Shown: piece by piece, positions 48,347 through 60,345 of the stretch
How positions within the stretch are numbered: the first letter of the stretch is position 1
Layout: each line of letters starts with the position of its first letter
From: Chloroflexota bacterium
GTDB lineage: Bacteria > Chloroflexota > Limnocylindria > Limnocylindrales > CSP1-4
Direction: 5' to 3'
Length of the DNA: 64,000 nt
Assembly (NCBI GenBank): GCA_021783095.1
Contig: JAJXUG010000014.1
Coordinates: forward strand, 1,895 to 65,894
Made by a program: the position numbers and the translations under genes
The notes under the pieces: model-generated
The model's database searches: none
Told to the model about the DNA's origin: nothing
The model's input: the letters and a program-made list of their open reading frames with translations, nothing else

Positions 48347-48616
48347 ATGACCGTCTGGTTCACCGTGCAGCTCGACGACCGGCCCGGCGCCCTCGCCCGC
48401 GTGGCGCAGGCGCTCGCCGACCGCGGCGTCAACATCACCGGCATCGTCGGCGTGGCAGAGGACACCGGCGGTGCCCTGATGCTGACGACGAGCGACCCCG
48501 CCGCCACGCGCGAGGCGTTCACCAGCCTCGGCATCGCCTTCGAGGACCACGACCCCACCGGCTCCGATCCCGGCAGCATGTCGATCTCGGACATCGTCGC
48601 GAGCCGCGCCGGCTGA
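48347..48616 (+). CDS. single ACT-domain protein
   Basis: VQLDDRPGALARVAQALADRGVNI; AGGAGGA RBS. Confidence 0.85.
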   Translation: MTVWFTVQLDDRPGALARVAQALADRGVNITGIVGVAEDTGGALMLTTSDPAATREAFTSLGIAFEDHDPTGSDPGSMSISDIVASRAG

Positions 48617-48622
48617 CGCCCC

Positions 48623-49324
48623 ATGCCCCGCCGCCACCCCAATCCCCTGCCGCCGACGACCGCGGTCCGCCTCGATGTCGAGGACGAGCCCGGCGCGGTC
48701 GCCGCGATCGCGGCAGCCGTGGCACGCGCCGGCGGACGGCCGCGGTCGCTCACGACGATGCGCCGGGCGGCGGCGCGGGATGCCGATGGCGGGCTGGGCC
48801 AGGCGGAGCTGGAGCTCGAGGTGGAGGGCGCTGACGAGGCCGCGCTGATCGCCGCGCTCCAGCCCCTGCGCGAGGTCGTCGAGATCCGCAAGACCCGTCC
48901 GATGGACAAGGTCTTCGGCAAGCGCGTGATCATCGTGGGCGGCGGCGCGCAGGTGGCGCAGGTCGCCCTGGGCGCGGTGACCGAGGCCGACCGCCACAAC
49001 ATCCGCGGCGAGCGGATCTCGGTGGACACGATCCCGCTCGTGGGCGAGGACGCCATCGCCACGGCCGTCCGCGCGGTGATCGACCTGCCCCGCGCCCGGC
49101 TGCTCGTGCTCGCGGGCTCCATCATGGGCGGCGACATCAGCCGTGCCGCGGACGAGCTGCGCGCGGTGGGCATCCCGATCATCGCGCTCAACATGGTGGG
49201 CTCGATCACCGACCACGTGGACCTGGTGGTCAGCGACCCGGTCCAGGCCGGGACGATGGCCGTCATGGCCGTCGCCGACACCGCCACCTTCGAGCTGGCG
49301 CGGCAGCGCGGCAGGCGGCTCTAA
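48623..49324 (+). CDS. ACT + DUF5612 protein (AF1403-like family)
   Basis: N-terminal ACT (EDEPGAV); FGKRVIIVGGGAQVAQVALGAVTEADRHNIRGERISVDTIPLVGE, LAGSIMGG, VSDPVQAGTMAVM. Confidence 0.82.
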   Translation: MPRRHPNPLPPTTAVRLDVEDEPGAVAAIAAAVARAGGRPRSLTTMRRAAARDADGGLGQAELELEVEGADEAALIAALQPLREVVEIRKTRPMDKVFGKRVIIVGGGAQVAQVALGAVTEADRHNIRGERISVDTIPLVGEDAIATAVRAVIDLPRARLLVLAGSIMGGDISRAADELRAVGIPIIALNMVGSITDHVDLVVSDPVQAGTMAVMAVADTATFELARQRGRRL

Positions 49325-49355
49325 CCGACCGGACTGGCGCGAGGAGGCCGTCCCG

Positions 49356-50258
49356 ATGCGCATCGCCACCTGGAACGTCAACTCGCTCAAGGCCCGTCAG
49401 GAGGCCGTCGAGAAGTGGCTGGCCAAGGCCGAGCCCGACGTGCTCCTGATCCAGGAGACCAAGCTCTCCGACGCCGACGCGCCGGTGATGCCGTTCTCGA
49501 TGCTCGGCTACGAGCTGGTCCACCACGGCGAGGGGCGCTGGAACGGGGTCGGGATCCTCACCCGCGTCGGCGCCAGCGATGTCGTCTCGAACTTCGGGGA
49601 TGGGCCGGTCCGCGACTCGTCCGCGGGCTCCGGGCTGACGGTCAGCGAGGAGGACGACTTCAACCCGTTCGACGAGGCGCGGATGGTGTCGGCCGTGTGC
49701 GGGGGCGTGCGGGTCGTGAGCCTCTACGCGCCGAACGGGCGGATCGTCGGATCGCCGTTCTTCGCGGGCAAGCTGCGCTGGTTCGAGCGGCTGCGCCGCT
49801 GGCTCGACGAGACGCAGGCGCCCGACGCGCCGCTGGTCCTGGGCGGCGACTTCAACGTGACCCCCGCCGACGAGGACGTCTGGAGCCCTGCGCGGGCGCA
49901 CGGGGGCACGCACGTGTCGGAGCCCGAGCGCGACGCGCTGGCTGCACTGCGCTCCTGGGGGCTGGCGGACGCGTATCGCGCGGTGCGCCCCGAGCGCGGG
50001 CGGTTCTCCTGGTGGGACTATCGCGCGGGCATGTTCCACCGCAACGAGGGGATGCGGATCGACCTCCTGTACACGTCGGCACCCGTGGCCGCGCGCGTCG
50101 TGTGGGCGGAGATCGACCGCGAGGCCCGCAAGGGCCCGCCCACGCCGTCGGACCACGCGCCGGTCGTGATTGACCTCGACGAGCCGGGCAAGGCGTTCGA
50201 CGCGGGCTGGGAGGGCGCGCTGGCGCGCATCGCCGCCCGGACGAAGCCGCGCCCGTGA
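49356..50258 (+). CDS. xth: exodeoxyribonuclease III
   Basis: IATWNVNS, QETK, YAPNG, GDFNV, FSWWDYR, MRID, SDHAPV. Confidence 0.93.
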   Translation: MRIATWNVNSLKARQEAVEKWLAKAEPDVLLIQETKLSDADAPVMPFSMLGYELVHHGEGRWNGVGILTRVGASDVVSNFGDGPVRDSSAGSGLTVSEEDDFNPFDEARMVSAVCGGVRVVSLYAPNGRIVGSPFFAGKLRWFERLRRWLDETQAPDAPLVLGGDFNVTPADEDVWSPARAHGGTHVSEPERDALAALRSWGLADAYRAVRPERGRFSWWDYRAGMFHRNEGMRIDLLYTSAPVAARVVWAEIDREARKGPPTPSDHAPVVIDLDEPGKAFDAGWEGALARIAARTKPRP

Positions 50259-50265
50259 CCGAGGG

Positions 50266-51801
50266 TCAGCGAGCCGCGGCGAGACCGAGCCAGCCCATCA
50301 CGTTGCGGGCGAAGCGGTCGAAGGACGCGTAGGAGACGCCCACCGCATAGCGGTTGCCGAGCACGCCGCCGAAGATGAAGGTCCCCGCGTCGAACACACG
50401 GCCGCCGGCGGCTGAGACCCGGATGGTCATGGTTCCGGTCAGGGTCGTCCCGTTCACCCGATAGGGCGCCGTGCCCCTGCTGATGGCCACGCCGCCGGAT
50501 ACGGGTTGGGCCCTGTCGGCCTCGCCGAGCAGCAGGCCGGTAAGCTGCGTCCCCGTCCGCCAGCCCGTGCCCGCGCGCGCCCACGCCGGCATGGCGGCCG
50601 TCACGACCTCGTTGTGGCGGATGTGGCCGCCATCCACGACACCCGAGTACTCGCCTCCGAACAGCGCGGCTTCGGGGCGGTTGACCGGGGGGCTGGCCCA
50701 TCGGACGGTCATGAGCGAGGGGTCGACGGCGCCGATCGGGTCGCGCGTGCTCTTGTAGCACACGATGTCGTAGGGGCGGGCCGATCCCGCCGGACCCGGG
50801 ACCAGGCGGACCTGCCAGTAGAACGAGTTGGCACCGAAGTAGGCGACGTTCATGTCACCCGCCCCGTTCACGTGGGCGTCGACCCAGTCGAACAGCGACT
50901 TGGTGACGTACTCCGTGTGCTGGGGGATCACGAGGACCTTGGGCGCGGTCGCCGGCGGGTGCATCGCAAGGTCGTAGTCGGTGGTGAAGGCGAGCGGGTA
51001 GCCGTGCCGGAGGAGCCAGCGCAGCGTGTAGCGGTCGTAGTTGGGATAGAGGGACAGACCGCCGTTGCTGTTGTACGGCCGGTCGAACGACACGGCGTAG
51101 GAGCGAATCTTGGTGCTGTAGAAGTTGCCCACGCCCCAGCCGTTGTAGGCCTGGTAGTCCATGACGGGCAGGACGAACAGGGCACCGGCGGGATTGATCG
51201 AGGGGCTTCGGACGGCGAACACCGTGCCGGAGCTCCGGCCGGACGAGTCACGCGCATAGACCGTGTAGACCCCGGGACGCCAGCCTCTCGTCGGGATCGA
51301 GACGGACACCGGCCAGTTGGCTCGAACGGTGTGCATCACCGTGTCGACGGTGCGCGCGGCGCGATAGTCCCGGCCGCGGTAACCCGAGTGGCTGAAGACC
51401 TGGACCGCACTCGTGCCCTCGCGGTACACCCTGATCGAGTACGAGGACGACGTCGTGCTCGTGTGCAGGCGGAGGGCCTGTCCGGGCAGGACCGACGGCC
51501 GGTCCGGGTAGACCTGGATCCGCCCGTCATTCGGCTGGAGGTAGACCGTTGACGGGTCCATCCCCTCGTCACCGTCTGCCTCGTCAGCGGCCGGGTCGGC
51601 CGCCACGGCGGCGGCCGACGGTGTCTGCCCGTCGGGCCCCGATGCGATGGCGTCTCCCGGGGGCCGAGCCGGGCCGAGGGCGGGCGCAGACGGATCGGGA
51701 TACTGCCAGGCAGGGGCAACCGGAGCCGGAGAGAGGAAGCCCGCGAGCGGGAGCGTGAGCCCCGCCACGAGCGCGATTGCGGCGATCCCTCGTTTCGTCA
51801 T
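50266..51801 (-). CDS. secreted protein with N,N-dimethylformamidase beta-subunit-like domain
   Basis: Signal peptide; NWP, YQAYNGWG, VSFDRPY, HTEY, FGANSFYWQVR, RPEAALFG, RVFDAGT. Confidence 0.75.
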   Translation of the reverse strand: MTKRGIAAIALVAGLTLPLAGFLSPAPVAPAWQYPDPSAPALGPARPPGDAIASGPDGQTPSAAAVAADPAADEADGDEGMDPSTVYLQPNDGRIQVYPDRPSVLPGQALRLHTSTTSSSYSIRVYREGTSAVQVFSHSGYRGRDYRAARTVDTVMHTVRANWPVSVSIPTRGWRPGVYTVYARDSSGRSSGTVFAVRSPSINPAGALFVLPVMDYQAYNGWGVGNFYSTKIRSYAVSFDRPYNSNGGLSLYPNYDRYTLRWLLRHGYPLAFTTDYDLAMHPPATAPKVLVIPQHTEYVTKSLFDWVDAHVNGAGDMNVAYFGANSFYWQVRLVPGPAGSARPYDIVCYKSTRDPIGAVDPSLMTVRWASPPVNRPEAALFGGEYSGVVDGGHIRHNEVVTAAMPAWARAGTGWRTGTQLTGLLLGEADRAQPVSGGVAISRGTAPYRVNGTTLTGTMTIRVSAAGGRVFDAGTFIFGGVLGNRYAVGVSYASFDRFARNVMGWLGLAAAR

Positions 51802-51992
51802 GCGGCTTCCATCGTGCGTCCAACTGCGTACGTCAGCGACCTACGGTCGCATCGAACGCCCCGCCGGACGATGGGTCGTTGGTCCTGTGCGGCCACGACG
51901 TCACGTTGACGAGCGCCAGCATGATGCCATGGTTGGCAGGATCCGCGGTCGCCGCGCCGCGGTCGACTCGCGGCGCCCCGAACGCAAGGGCT

Positions 51993-52217
51993 TCAGGACC
52001 TCGCGGCGGCCAGTTCCGGCGGCACCGGCACAGACGCCGGCTCGCGCGCCGCCGTCACGAGCGTCCCCGCCTCGCCGCGGAGCATCGCCCCCGCGTCGGC
52101 GAGTGCCCCGATCACGGCGAAGCCATCCCCTCGCTCTCGGCGTCGAGGATGTCGAGCGGGTACGTCTCGTCGGGCCGATAGGAGCGCGTTGCCGCCCAGG
52201 GCGGCCACCACGCGCAT
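51993..52217 (-). pseudogene. arcC: carbamate kinase relic (two internal deletions)
   Basis: [13 protein letters not shown] (N-terminus), out-of-frame YPLDILDAESEGM (within 52124-52180), AVIGALADAGAMLRGEAGTLV (C-terminus); ATG overlaps the OTC stop. Confidence 0.85.
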
Positions 52218-53242
52218 CAGCCGACCTCTGGGCGAGCCAGGGTCGCGACCAGCACGGCCTTGATCGTGTGCATCCGGTTCTCGGCCTGGTCGAACACGAT
52301 CGAGGCCGTCGACTCGAACACCTCGTCGGTCACCTCCATCGCCTCGAGGCCGTACCGCTCGTGCATCTTGCGTCCCGTCTCCGTCTCCAGGTCGTGGAAG
52401 GCAGGCAGGCAGTGCATGAACTTGACGCTCGGGTTGCCCGTGGCGCGGAGCATCGCGGCGTCCACCTGGTACGGCCGGAGCATCGCGATCCGCTCGTCCC
52501 ACACCGACTCGGGCTCGCCCATCGAGACCCAGACGTCGGTGTAGATGACGTCGGCCCCGCGGACGCCCTCGTCGACGTCCTCGGTGACCGTGATCCGGGC
52601 GCCGCTGCGGCGCGCGATGGCGAGCGCTGGCTCGAGGAAGTCGTCGCGCGGCCAGACCGGCAGGGGCGCCACGATCCGCAGGTCCATGCCCATGATCGCC
52701 GCGCCGAGCAGCCACTCGTCGCCCATGTTGCTGTGCGCGTCGCCCACGTACGCCAGCGCCACGCCCGCCAGGGGCTTCGCGACCCGCTCCTGGATCGTGA
52801 GCAGGTCGGCGAGGATCTGGGTGGGGTGGTCCTCGTCGGTCAGTCCGTTGTAGACCGGCACGCCGGCATACCGCGCGAGAATCTCGACGTCGGTCTGGTG
52901 GAAGCCCCGGAACTCGATCGCGTCGTACAGGCGGCCCAGGACGCGGGCGGTGTCCTTGACCGACTCCTTCTTGCCGACATGGCTTCCCGACGGGCCGAAG
53001 TAGGTGACGTTCATGCCCTGGTCGTAGGCGGCGACCTCGAACCCGATCCGCGTCCGCGTCGAGTCCTTCTCGAAGATCAGCGCGATCGAGCGGCCGTCGA
53101 GGCGGCGGCGCTCGCGGCGCTCGCGCTTCTCCGCCTTGAGGGTGGCCGCGAGCGTCAGAAGGCCCTCGATCTCGTCCGCGGAGAAGTCGCGCAGGGTCAG
53201 GAATGACCGCCCGGCCAGCGGGGCGTCGTGGTGGTGGGCCAT
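52217..53242 (-). CDS. argF: ornithine carbamoyltransferase (likely catabolic ArcB type by context)
   Basis: [56 protein letters not shown]. Confidence 0.95.
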   Translation of the reverse strand: MAHHHDAPLAGRSFLTLRDFSADEIEGLLTLAATLKAEKRERRERRRLDGRSIALIFEKDSTRTRIGFEVAAYDQGMNVTYFGPSGSHVGKKESVKDTARVLGRLYDAIEFRGFHQTDVEILARYAGVPVYNGLTDEDHPTQILADLLTIQERVAKPLAGVALAYVGDAHSNMGDEWLLGAAIMGMDLRIVAPLPVWPRDDFLEPALAIARRSGARITVTEDVDEGVRGADVIYTDVWVSMGEPESVWDERIAMLRPYQVDAAMLRATGNPSVKFMHCLPAFHDLETETGRKMHERYGLEAMEVTDEVFESTASIVFDQAENRMHTIKAVLVATLARPEVG

Positions 53243-53454
53243 CGCCGGACTCCAGGATGCGCCACAGCCAACGCGGACATCGCGGGTGCGCCGTGGCGGC
53301 AACCCGCGGTGATGTGGCCTCGAATGTGCGACGGCCCTGGCCGCCTTGTCATGGTCCCTCCGGCCCGTTGCGGGCGGGCCGCCTGTGCCCCGGACTCCTT
53401 CGGGGCGCCGGGCGGCTGCGGGGCGCCCCTGGAGCGTTTCGGGTCCCGGGTCCC

Positions 53455-54207
53455 TCACGCGGCGGTGAACGCGCCGTCGCGCAGCACCGGCACGAGGCCC
53501 GTCGCGTCGAGTTCGGCGGCCAGGTCGACGTCGCTCGCGAAGCCGACGTCGAGGAGCTCTCGGCCCGAGGCGCAGTCGGCGAGCACGCGCGCGATGTCCG
53601 GAAGGAGGCGCTCGAAGGCAGCGGCCGCGAGCCGCGCCTCCGGCGACGGGGTTGTCGCGCCCAGGGCCGCCAGGACCGCGCCCGCGCCGAGCATGTCCTC
53701 GATGCCCGGGCGCAGCGTGCCATCGGGCCACTGCTCGCCGGCGGGGACGACGGCGATCGCCCCGCCGTGCTCCCGGGCGAACCGCGCCACCGCCGACGCG
53801 TTGCGCAGACAGCCGGCCACGACCGTCGCGCCGGTCTCGGCCGCCAGGACCGCGCACGTGGCTCCATTGGGCGACGGGAGAACCAGGCGATCCCCGGGTG
53901 CGAGCGTCGCCAGCGAGGCGGGCGAGAGCGAGGGCCCGGGCCCGGCGCGGCGCGACTGGGCGAGGACGGCCCCGAGGCTCCTCGCACGCTCGGCCGCGGT
54001 GTCGTCGCGGAACCGGTGCGGGAAGACCGTCGCGCCCCGCTCGACCGCGACCGACACGGCAGTCGTGAACGAGAGCACGTCGACGATGACGACGAGGTCC
54101 GCGACCGGCGCCAGGAGTCGAACCCCCGCCTGGCCCCACTCGAGGCGGGCGTCGAAGCCGTGCTGGTCGAGGCTCCGGGCAAGCTGATCGTCGGCGGTCA
54201 GGTTCAC
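53455..54207 (-). CDS. 2-phosphosulfolactate phosphatase family protein
   Basis: [49 protein letters not shown] (ComB family). Confidence 0.85.
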   Translation of the reverse strand: MNLTADDQLARSLDQHGFDARLEWGQAGVRLLAPVADLVVIVDVLSFTTAVSVAVERGATVFPHRFRDDTAAERARSLGAVLAQSRRAGPGPSLSPASLATLAPGDRLVLPSPNGATCAVLAAETGATVVAGCLRNASAVARFAREHGGAIAVVPAGEQWPDGTLRPGIEDMLGAGAVLAALGATTPSPEARLAAAAFERLLPDIARVLADCASGRELLDVGFASDVDLAAELDATGLVPVLRDGAFTAA

Positions 54208-54273
54208 CCCCAGAGCCTAGCGCGGTCGTGCGCAAACGAGTCATCGCCCGAGGAGCGGGGCGGCGCGGCGCCG

Positions 54274-54666
54274 ATGATGACGGGCTCAGGATGGGCGCGC
54301 TCACACATCAACGACCGCCTCGGGCACGAGGCCGGGGATCGCGCCCTGTGCGAGGTCGCCGGCCTGCTGCGGGGAGGCTCGTTCCGCGACGCCGACCTGG
54401 TCGCCCGGCTGGGCGGCGACGAGTTCGCGATTCTGGCGACGGAGGTCTCGCCGGCGGACGGAGACCTGTTCGTGACGCGCGTGGCCGACGCCGTGGGGCG
54501 CGCGAACGGGCAGCCGGATCGCGAGTTCACGCTGTCGCTGAGCGTGGGCACCGCCATGTTGGACCCGAAGCAGCCGCAGAGCCTCGACGAGCTGATCCGC
54601 AATGCAGACCGCCGGATGTACCGGGCGAAGAACGCCCGGAGGACGGCCGCGCTGCCCGGCCCGTAG
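54274..54666 (+). pseudogene. N-terminally truncated GGDEF domain
   Basis: [16 protein letters not shown]-site, RLGGDEF, SLSVG, ADRRMYRAK; the preceding DxDxFK strand and all sensor domains are absent. Confidence 0.7.
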
Positions 54667-54722
54667 CCGGCACCGAGCCAGTGCGAGACCGCGGCGCGGT
54701 CGGCCGCCGGCCCGATGGCTCC

Positions 54723-55526
54723 CTAGACCATCTCGACGTCGAGCACCTCGGGGGTCGACCCGATCCCGCGCGCCCGCGGCAGCGCCATAGCGCCGATGAC
54801 GGCGGTGATCGCCAGCGACAGCGCGAACGCCGGCGCAATGCCGGCCCTGACGATCAGGTAGTGGATCGGCAGATAGAACGCGACGGTCCCGGGCAGCCCG
54901 ATCAGCGCGCCTCGCAGGGTGCCGATCGCCGCTGGCCGGCCGCCGTGGAGGAACGCGAACACGGACAGCACCGACACGTAGACCGGGAATGTGGTGACGA
55001 TGCCTGACACCGTGGGCCCGAGCAGCGGGGCGACGGTCGTCAGGCCCACCACGAGCACGGTGCCGACGACCACCCGGGCCGGCATGTCCCAGGCGGGGTG
55101 GCGCGCCGTCGACGGGCCATTCGTGGACGCGGGCAGGACGCGCAGGGTGGCCAGGATCGCCAGCGTCACCAGCGCAGCGAGCAGCACCAGCGGCCAGCCG
55201 GCGGCGAACTGGAGGGCGAGCCCGGCCGCGACGTAGCACCCGGTCGCCACGACGAGGGCCACCGCCGGCCCGCGCGACGACGCGGCCGCGAACCCGAGGC
55301 CGTACGCCACGATCGCGCCCAGGCCGAGCATCGTGCCCACCGCCGCGCCGGACGCGAACTGCGGCCCGTGGTCGAGGGCCACGAAGAACAGCACGGGCCC
55401 CGAAGTGAGCGGCAGGGCGACGATCCAGCCGGCGACCGCCGGGCCCCATCGTCGCGCCGCAAGGCTCGCGCCGCCGATGAGGAGCGGAGTCAGCGTGAGC
55501 TTGAGCAGCAACAGCACGAGCGCCAA
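54723..55526 (-). CDS. hypothetical multi-pass membrane protein
   Basis: About 8 TM helices, two internal repeats (GPAVAGWIVALP / GPTVSGIVTTFP); start may be GTG 55517. Confidence 0.75.
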   Translation of the reverse strand: MALVLLLLKLTLTPLLIGGASLAARRWGPAVAGWIVALPLTSGPVLFFVALDHGPQFASGAAVGTMLGLGAIVAYGLGFAAASSRGPAVALVVATGCYVAAGLALQFAAGWPLVLLAALVTLAILATLRVLPASTNGPSTARHPAWDMPARVVVGTVLVVGLTTVAPLLGPTVSGIVTTFPVYVSVLSVFAFLHGGRPAAIGTLRGALIGLPGTVAFYLPIHYLIVRAGIAPAFALSLAITAVIGAMALPRARGIGSTPEVLDVEMV

Positions 55527-55619
55527 CGATACCGGGGGCGCGAGCGCCGGGCGGGGGCGATGCGCGTGCCGCCCGGGCGCGCCGGGCCCGAGCGCGCGGT
55601 GTCCGCGCCCCGGCCCCTC

Positions 55620-57176
55620 CTAGTCCAGCGAGACAGTCTGCTCCCAGGCCGGCACGTCCACGGTCAACCCCAGCGCGGCCACCTTGGGCGCCAGCGCCTG
55701 CTGCGCGGGCGGGTCGCCGTGGACGAGGTAGACGTGCGCGGGCACGCCCGGGTCGCCCGGTTTGCGGCCGCGGATGAAGCCGCCCAGCCAGGCGAGCAGC
55801 TCTGGCTCGTCGGCGTGGGCCGAGAACCCGCCGAGCGAGCGGATCGTCGCCCGGACCGGCATCTCGCGCCCATCGATGCGCGCGGTCGTCGCGCCCCGGA
55901 CGAGGTGGCCGCCCAGCGTGCCCTCGCCCTGGTACCCGACGAACAGGATCGTCGCGGACGGGTCGTCGAGCAGCCGCGACGCATGCCCGACCGACCGACC
56001 GCCCGTGAGCATCCCGTTCGACGCGACAACCACGTACGGCGGCGGCGTGCGCGCGATCCGCTCCGACTCCTCGTAGTCGCGCACCACGTGCTGGCCCGGG
56101 TAGTCGAGCGGCGCCTCGTTCGCGCGGAGGAGCGCGGCCGTCTCCTCGTCGTACGCCTCTGGGTGGTGGCGGTACACGTCCGAGGCCGACTTCGCCATCG
56201 GCGAGTCGAGGTACAGCGGCAGCTGCGGGATCCGCCCGGCGTCGACGAGCCGGTGCAGCTCCCAGACGATCTCCTGCGTGCGGCCGATGGCGAACGACGG
56301 GATCAGCAGCACGCCCCTGCGCTGGGCCGTCTCGCGGACGGTGGTCGCGAGCATGTCGATCGAGCGATCCGCGGCCTCGTGCTCGCGCCCGCCGTAGGTG
56401 CTCTCGCACAGGACGACATCGGCCGAATCGACCGGCGTGGGGTCGCGCAGGATTGGCGTGCCGGGTCGGCCGAGGTCGCCCGAGAAGACGACGATGGTGT
56501 CGCGGCCGCCCGTGCTCCGGGCGAGGCGCATCCGCACGATGGACGAGCCCAGGATGTGGCCTGCGTCGAGCAGCATGACGTGCACGCCCTGCGCCACCTC
56601 GGTCTCGACCCCGTAGGCCACCGGCGCGAAGTGCGGCAGCGTGGCCTCGGCGTCGTCCTCGGTGTACAGCGGCTCGTCGAGGTCCAGCTCGACCTCCGGG
56701 CCGGCGGACCGCAGGATCTCCTCGGGGTCCGGGCCGCCGGGGCTGGCTGCGCCGTCGGCGGCCAGCTGGACCGCCTCGTCGAACAGCACCTCCTCGCGCG
56801 CGTCGTCCGCGGTGGCCCGCTCCGGGTGGTGCCGCCCGCGGCGCGCCGCGCGCTTGGCGAACTCCACCTGAAGCTTCGCCGAGTCGAGCAGGACGAGGCG
56901 CGCGAGCTCCGCGGTCGCGGCGGTGCACACGATGCGCCCCCGGAAGCCCTCGCGCACCAGCAGCGGCAGCAGGCCGCAGTGGTCGAGGTGGGCATGGGTG
57001 AGGACCACTGCGTCGAGCGACGCCGGGTCGACGCCCAGCGGGACCCGATTGCGCACGGCCTCGGCCGGCCCACCCTGGAACATCCCGCAGTCCACGAGCA
57101 CCTGCGCGTGGCCGGTGTCGACGAGATGGCGCGAGCCGGTGACCGTGCGCGCGCCGCCGAGGAAGGTCAGCTCCAT
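55620..57176 (-). CDS. MBL-fold beta-CASP ribonuclease (YSH1-like)
   Basis: VTGSRH, DCGMFQG, THAHLDHCG, AGHILGS, SGDLG, ESTYG, FAIGRTQE, GYQGEGT, FSAHAD. Confidence 0.92.
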   Translation of the reverse strand: MELTFLGGARTVTGSRHLVDTGHAQVLVDCGMFQGGPAEAVRNRVPLGVDPASLDAVVLTHAHLDHCGLLPLLVREGFRGRIVCTAATAELARLVLLDSAKLQVEFAKRAARRGRHHPERATADDAREEVLFDEAVQLAADGAASPGGPDPEEILRSAGPEVELDLDEPLYTEDDAEATLPHFAPVAYGVETEVAQGVHVMLLDAGHILGSSIVRMRLARSTGGRDTIVVFSGDLGRPGTPILRDPTPVDSADVVLCESTYGGREHEAADRSIDMLATTVRETAQRRGVLLIPSFAIGRTQEIVWELHRLVDAGRIPQLPLYLDSPMAKSASDVYRHHPEAYDEETAALLRANEAPLDYPGQHVVRDYEESERIARTPPPYVVVASNGMLTGGRSVGHASRLLDDPSATILFVGYQGEGTLGGHLVRGATTARIDGREMPVRATIRSLGGFSAHADEPELLAWLGGFIRGRKPGDPGVPAHVYLVHGDPPAQQALAPKVAALGLTVDVPAWEQTVSLD

Positions 57177-57305
57177 GCCGAGATCGTGACACAGCCGCGG
57201 GCGCCAAGTGCAGCGATGCCGCCATGAGCGAGCCCCGCGTGCACGCCTGTTCCGCATCCATGGCGGCGCGGCTTCGCGTCGGAGGCGAGATCTTCGGGCG
57301 GCTCC

Positions 57306-59195
<1,890 letters not shown>

Positions 59196-59298
59196 GGCAG
59201 GGACGGCGAGCCTCGGGCGGACGGGTCCGGGGTGGATGCGGCAATTCTACGCAGGCGGCCCGCGAGCGTATTCAGAACGTCAGCGCTAGGCTCAGCGG

Positions 59299-60273
59299 AT
59301 GCGCCGTCCTGCCTTCGCCATCCTCCTGCTCGTCGTCGCACTCATCGCCGCAGCGTGCAAGCCCACGGATCCCGGCGGCTTCGTGGTGGTCACCCAGGCG
59401 CCCGCGCCGTCTGGCGGAGCGACCATCACCGGGGCGGCGATCCCGGGCTCCAGCGCCGCGGTCGGCTCGGCCTTCCCGGTGATCATCAGCTCGCAGCTGG
59501 CCGTTGGCGACAACCGGTTCGTGTTCTCGTTCCTGGACCCCAAGACCCAGCAGCCCGTGGGCTCACCCGACCTCGCGGCGTCGGTGTCGTTCATCGCCCC
59601 CGGCACCACCGACCCCACGTCGCCCACGCCTGGCACCTTCGTCTGGGCCATCCAGAACCTCCGCGGCGAGTACATCGCCCACGTCACGTTCCCCACGGCG
59701 GGCGACTGGAAGGCCATCTTCACGATCCAGCCCAAGGGCGGCGGGCAGCAGGCGCTCGGCGTCCCGTTCCAGGTGGCGCTCAAGCCCACGGTTGTGTCTA
59801 TCGGCGACCACGCCCCGTCCGTCAAGACGCCGACGCTGGCCGACGTGGGCGGCGACATCCGCCAGATCTCGTCCGACCAGAACCCCAACCCGGCGTTCTA
59901 CCAGGTGTCCGAGGACCAGCTGCTGGCCAGCCACACGCCGTTCATCCTCGTGTTCGCGACGCCGGCGTTCTGCAGGAGCGCGCAGTGCGGGCCGACGCTC
60001 GACATGGTCAAGCAGGCGCAGACGACCGCCCCCAAGTCAGTGGCGTTCATCAACGTGGAGCCGTACGTGCTCAAGTTCGCCGACGGGCGGCTCCAGCCGG
60101 TGCTCGACGCGCAGGGCAACCTGACGCCCACCAACGTGTCGAACGCGTGGGGCATCCCCACCGAGCCGTGGATCTTCGCGGTCGACCGGAACGGGATCGT
60201 CCAGGGCTCGTTCGAGGGCGTGATCAGCCAGCAGGAGCTCACGGACATCATCGCCAGGATCGCCGCCTCTTAG
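59299..60273 (+). CDS. lipoprotein with C-terminal thioredoxin-like domain
   Basis: Lipobox IAAAC; FATPAFCRSAQCGP; TEPWIFAVDRNG. Confidence 0.78.
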   Translation: MRRPAFAILLLVVALIAAACKPTDPGGFVVVTQAPAPSGGATITGAAIPGSSAAVGSAFPVIISSQLAVGDNRFVFSFLDPKTQQPVGSPDLAASVSFIAPGTTDPTSPTPGTFVWAIQNLRGEYIAHVTFPTAGDWKAIFTIQPKGGGQQALGVPFQVALKPTVVSIGDHAPSVKTPTLADVGGDIRQISSDQNPNPAFYQVSEDQLLASHTPFILVFATPAFCRSAQCGPTLDMVKQAQTTAPKSVAFINVEPYVLKFADGRLQPVLDAQGNLTPTNVSNAWGIPTEPWIFAVDRNGIVQGSFEGVISQQELTDIIARIAAS

Positions 60274-60345
60274 TCGCGGTGGTCCAGCGACTGGCGCGGC
60301 GTCCGGCGACCGGTGCGCGGCGGCCCTGGCGGGGGCGGCAGGCCG

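Noticed and set aside
47903..49390. 495-aa ORF suggesting a large ArsC fusion
   Set aside because: The upstream part is antisense to the ACT/DUF5612 genes; the real start is ATG 48295 behind a -10 box
51873..51886. GGGTC-N4-GTCCT resembling a DosR/DevR box
   Set aside because: Single weak GC-rich match, expected by chance, with no cognate regulator in the window
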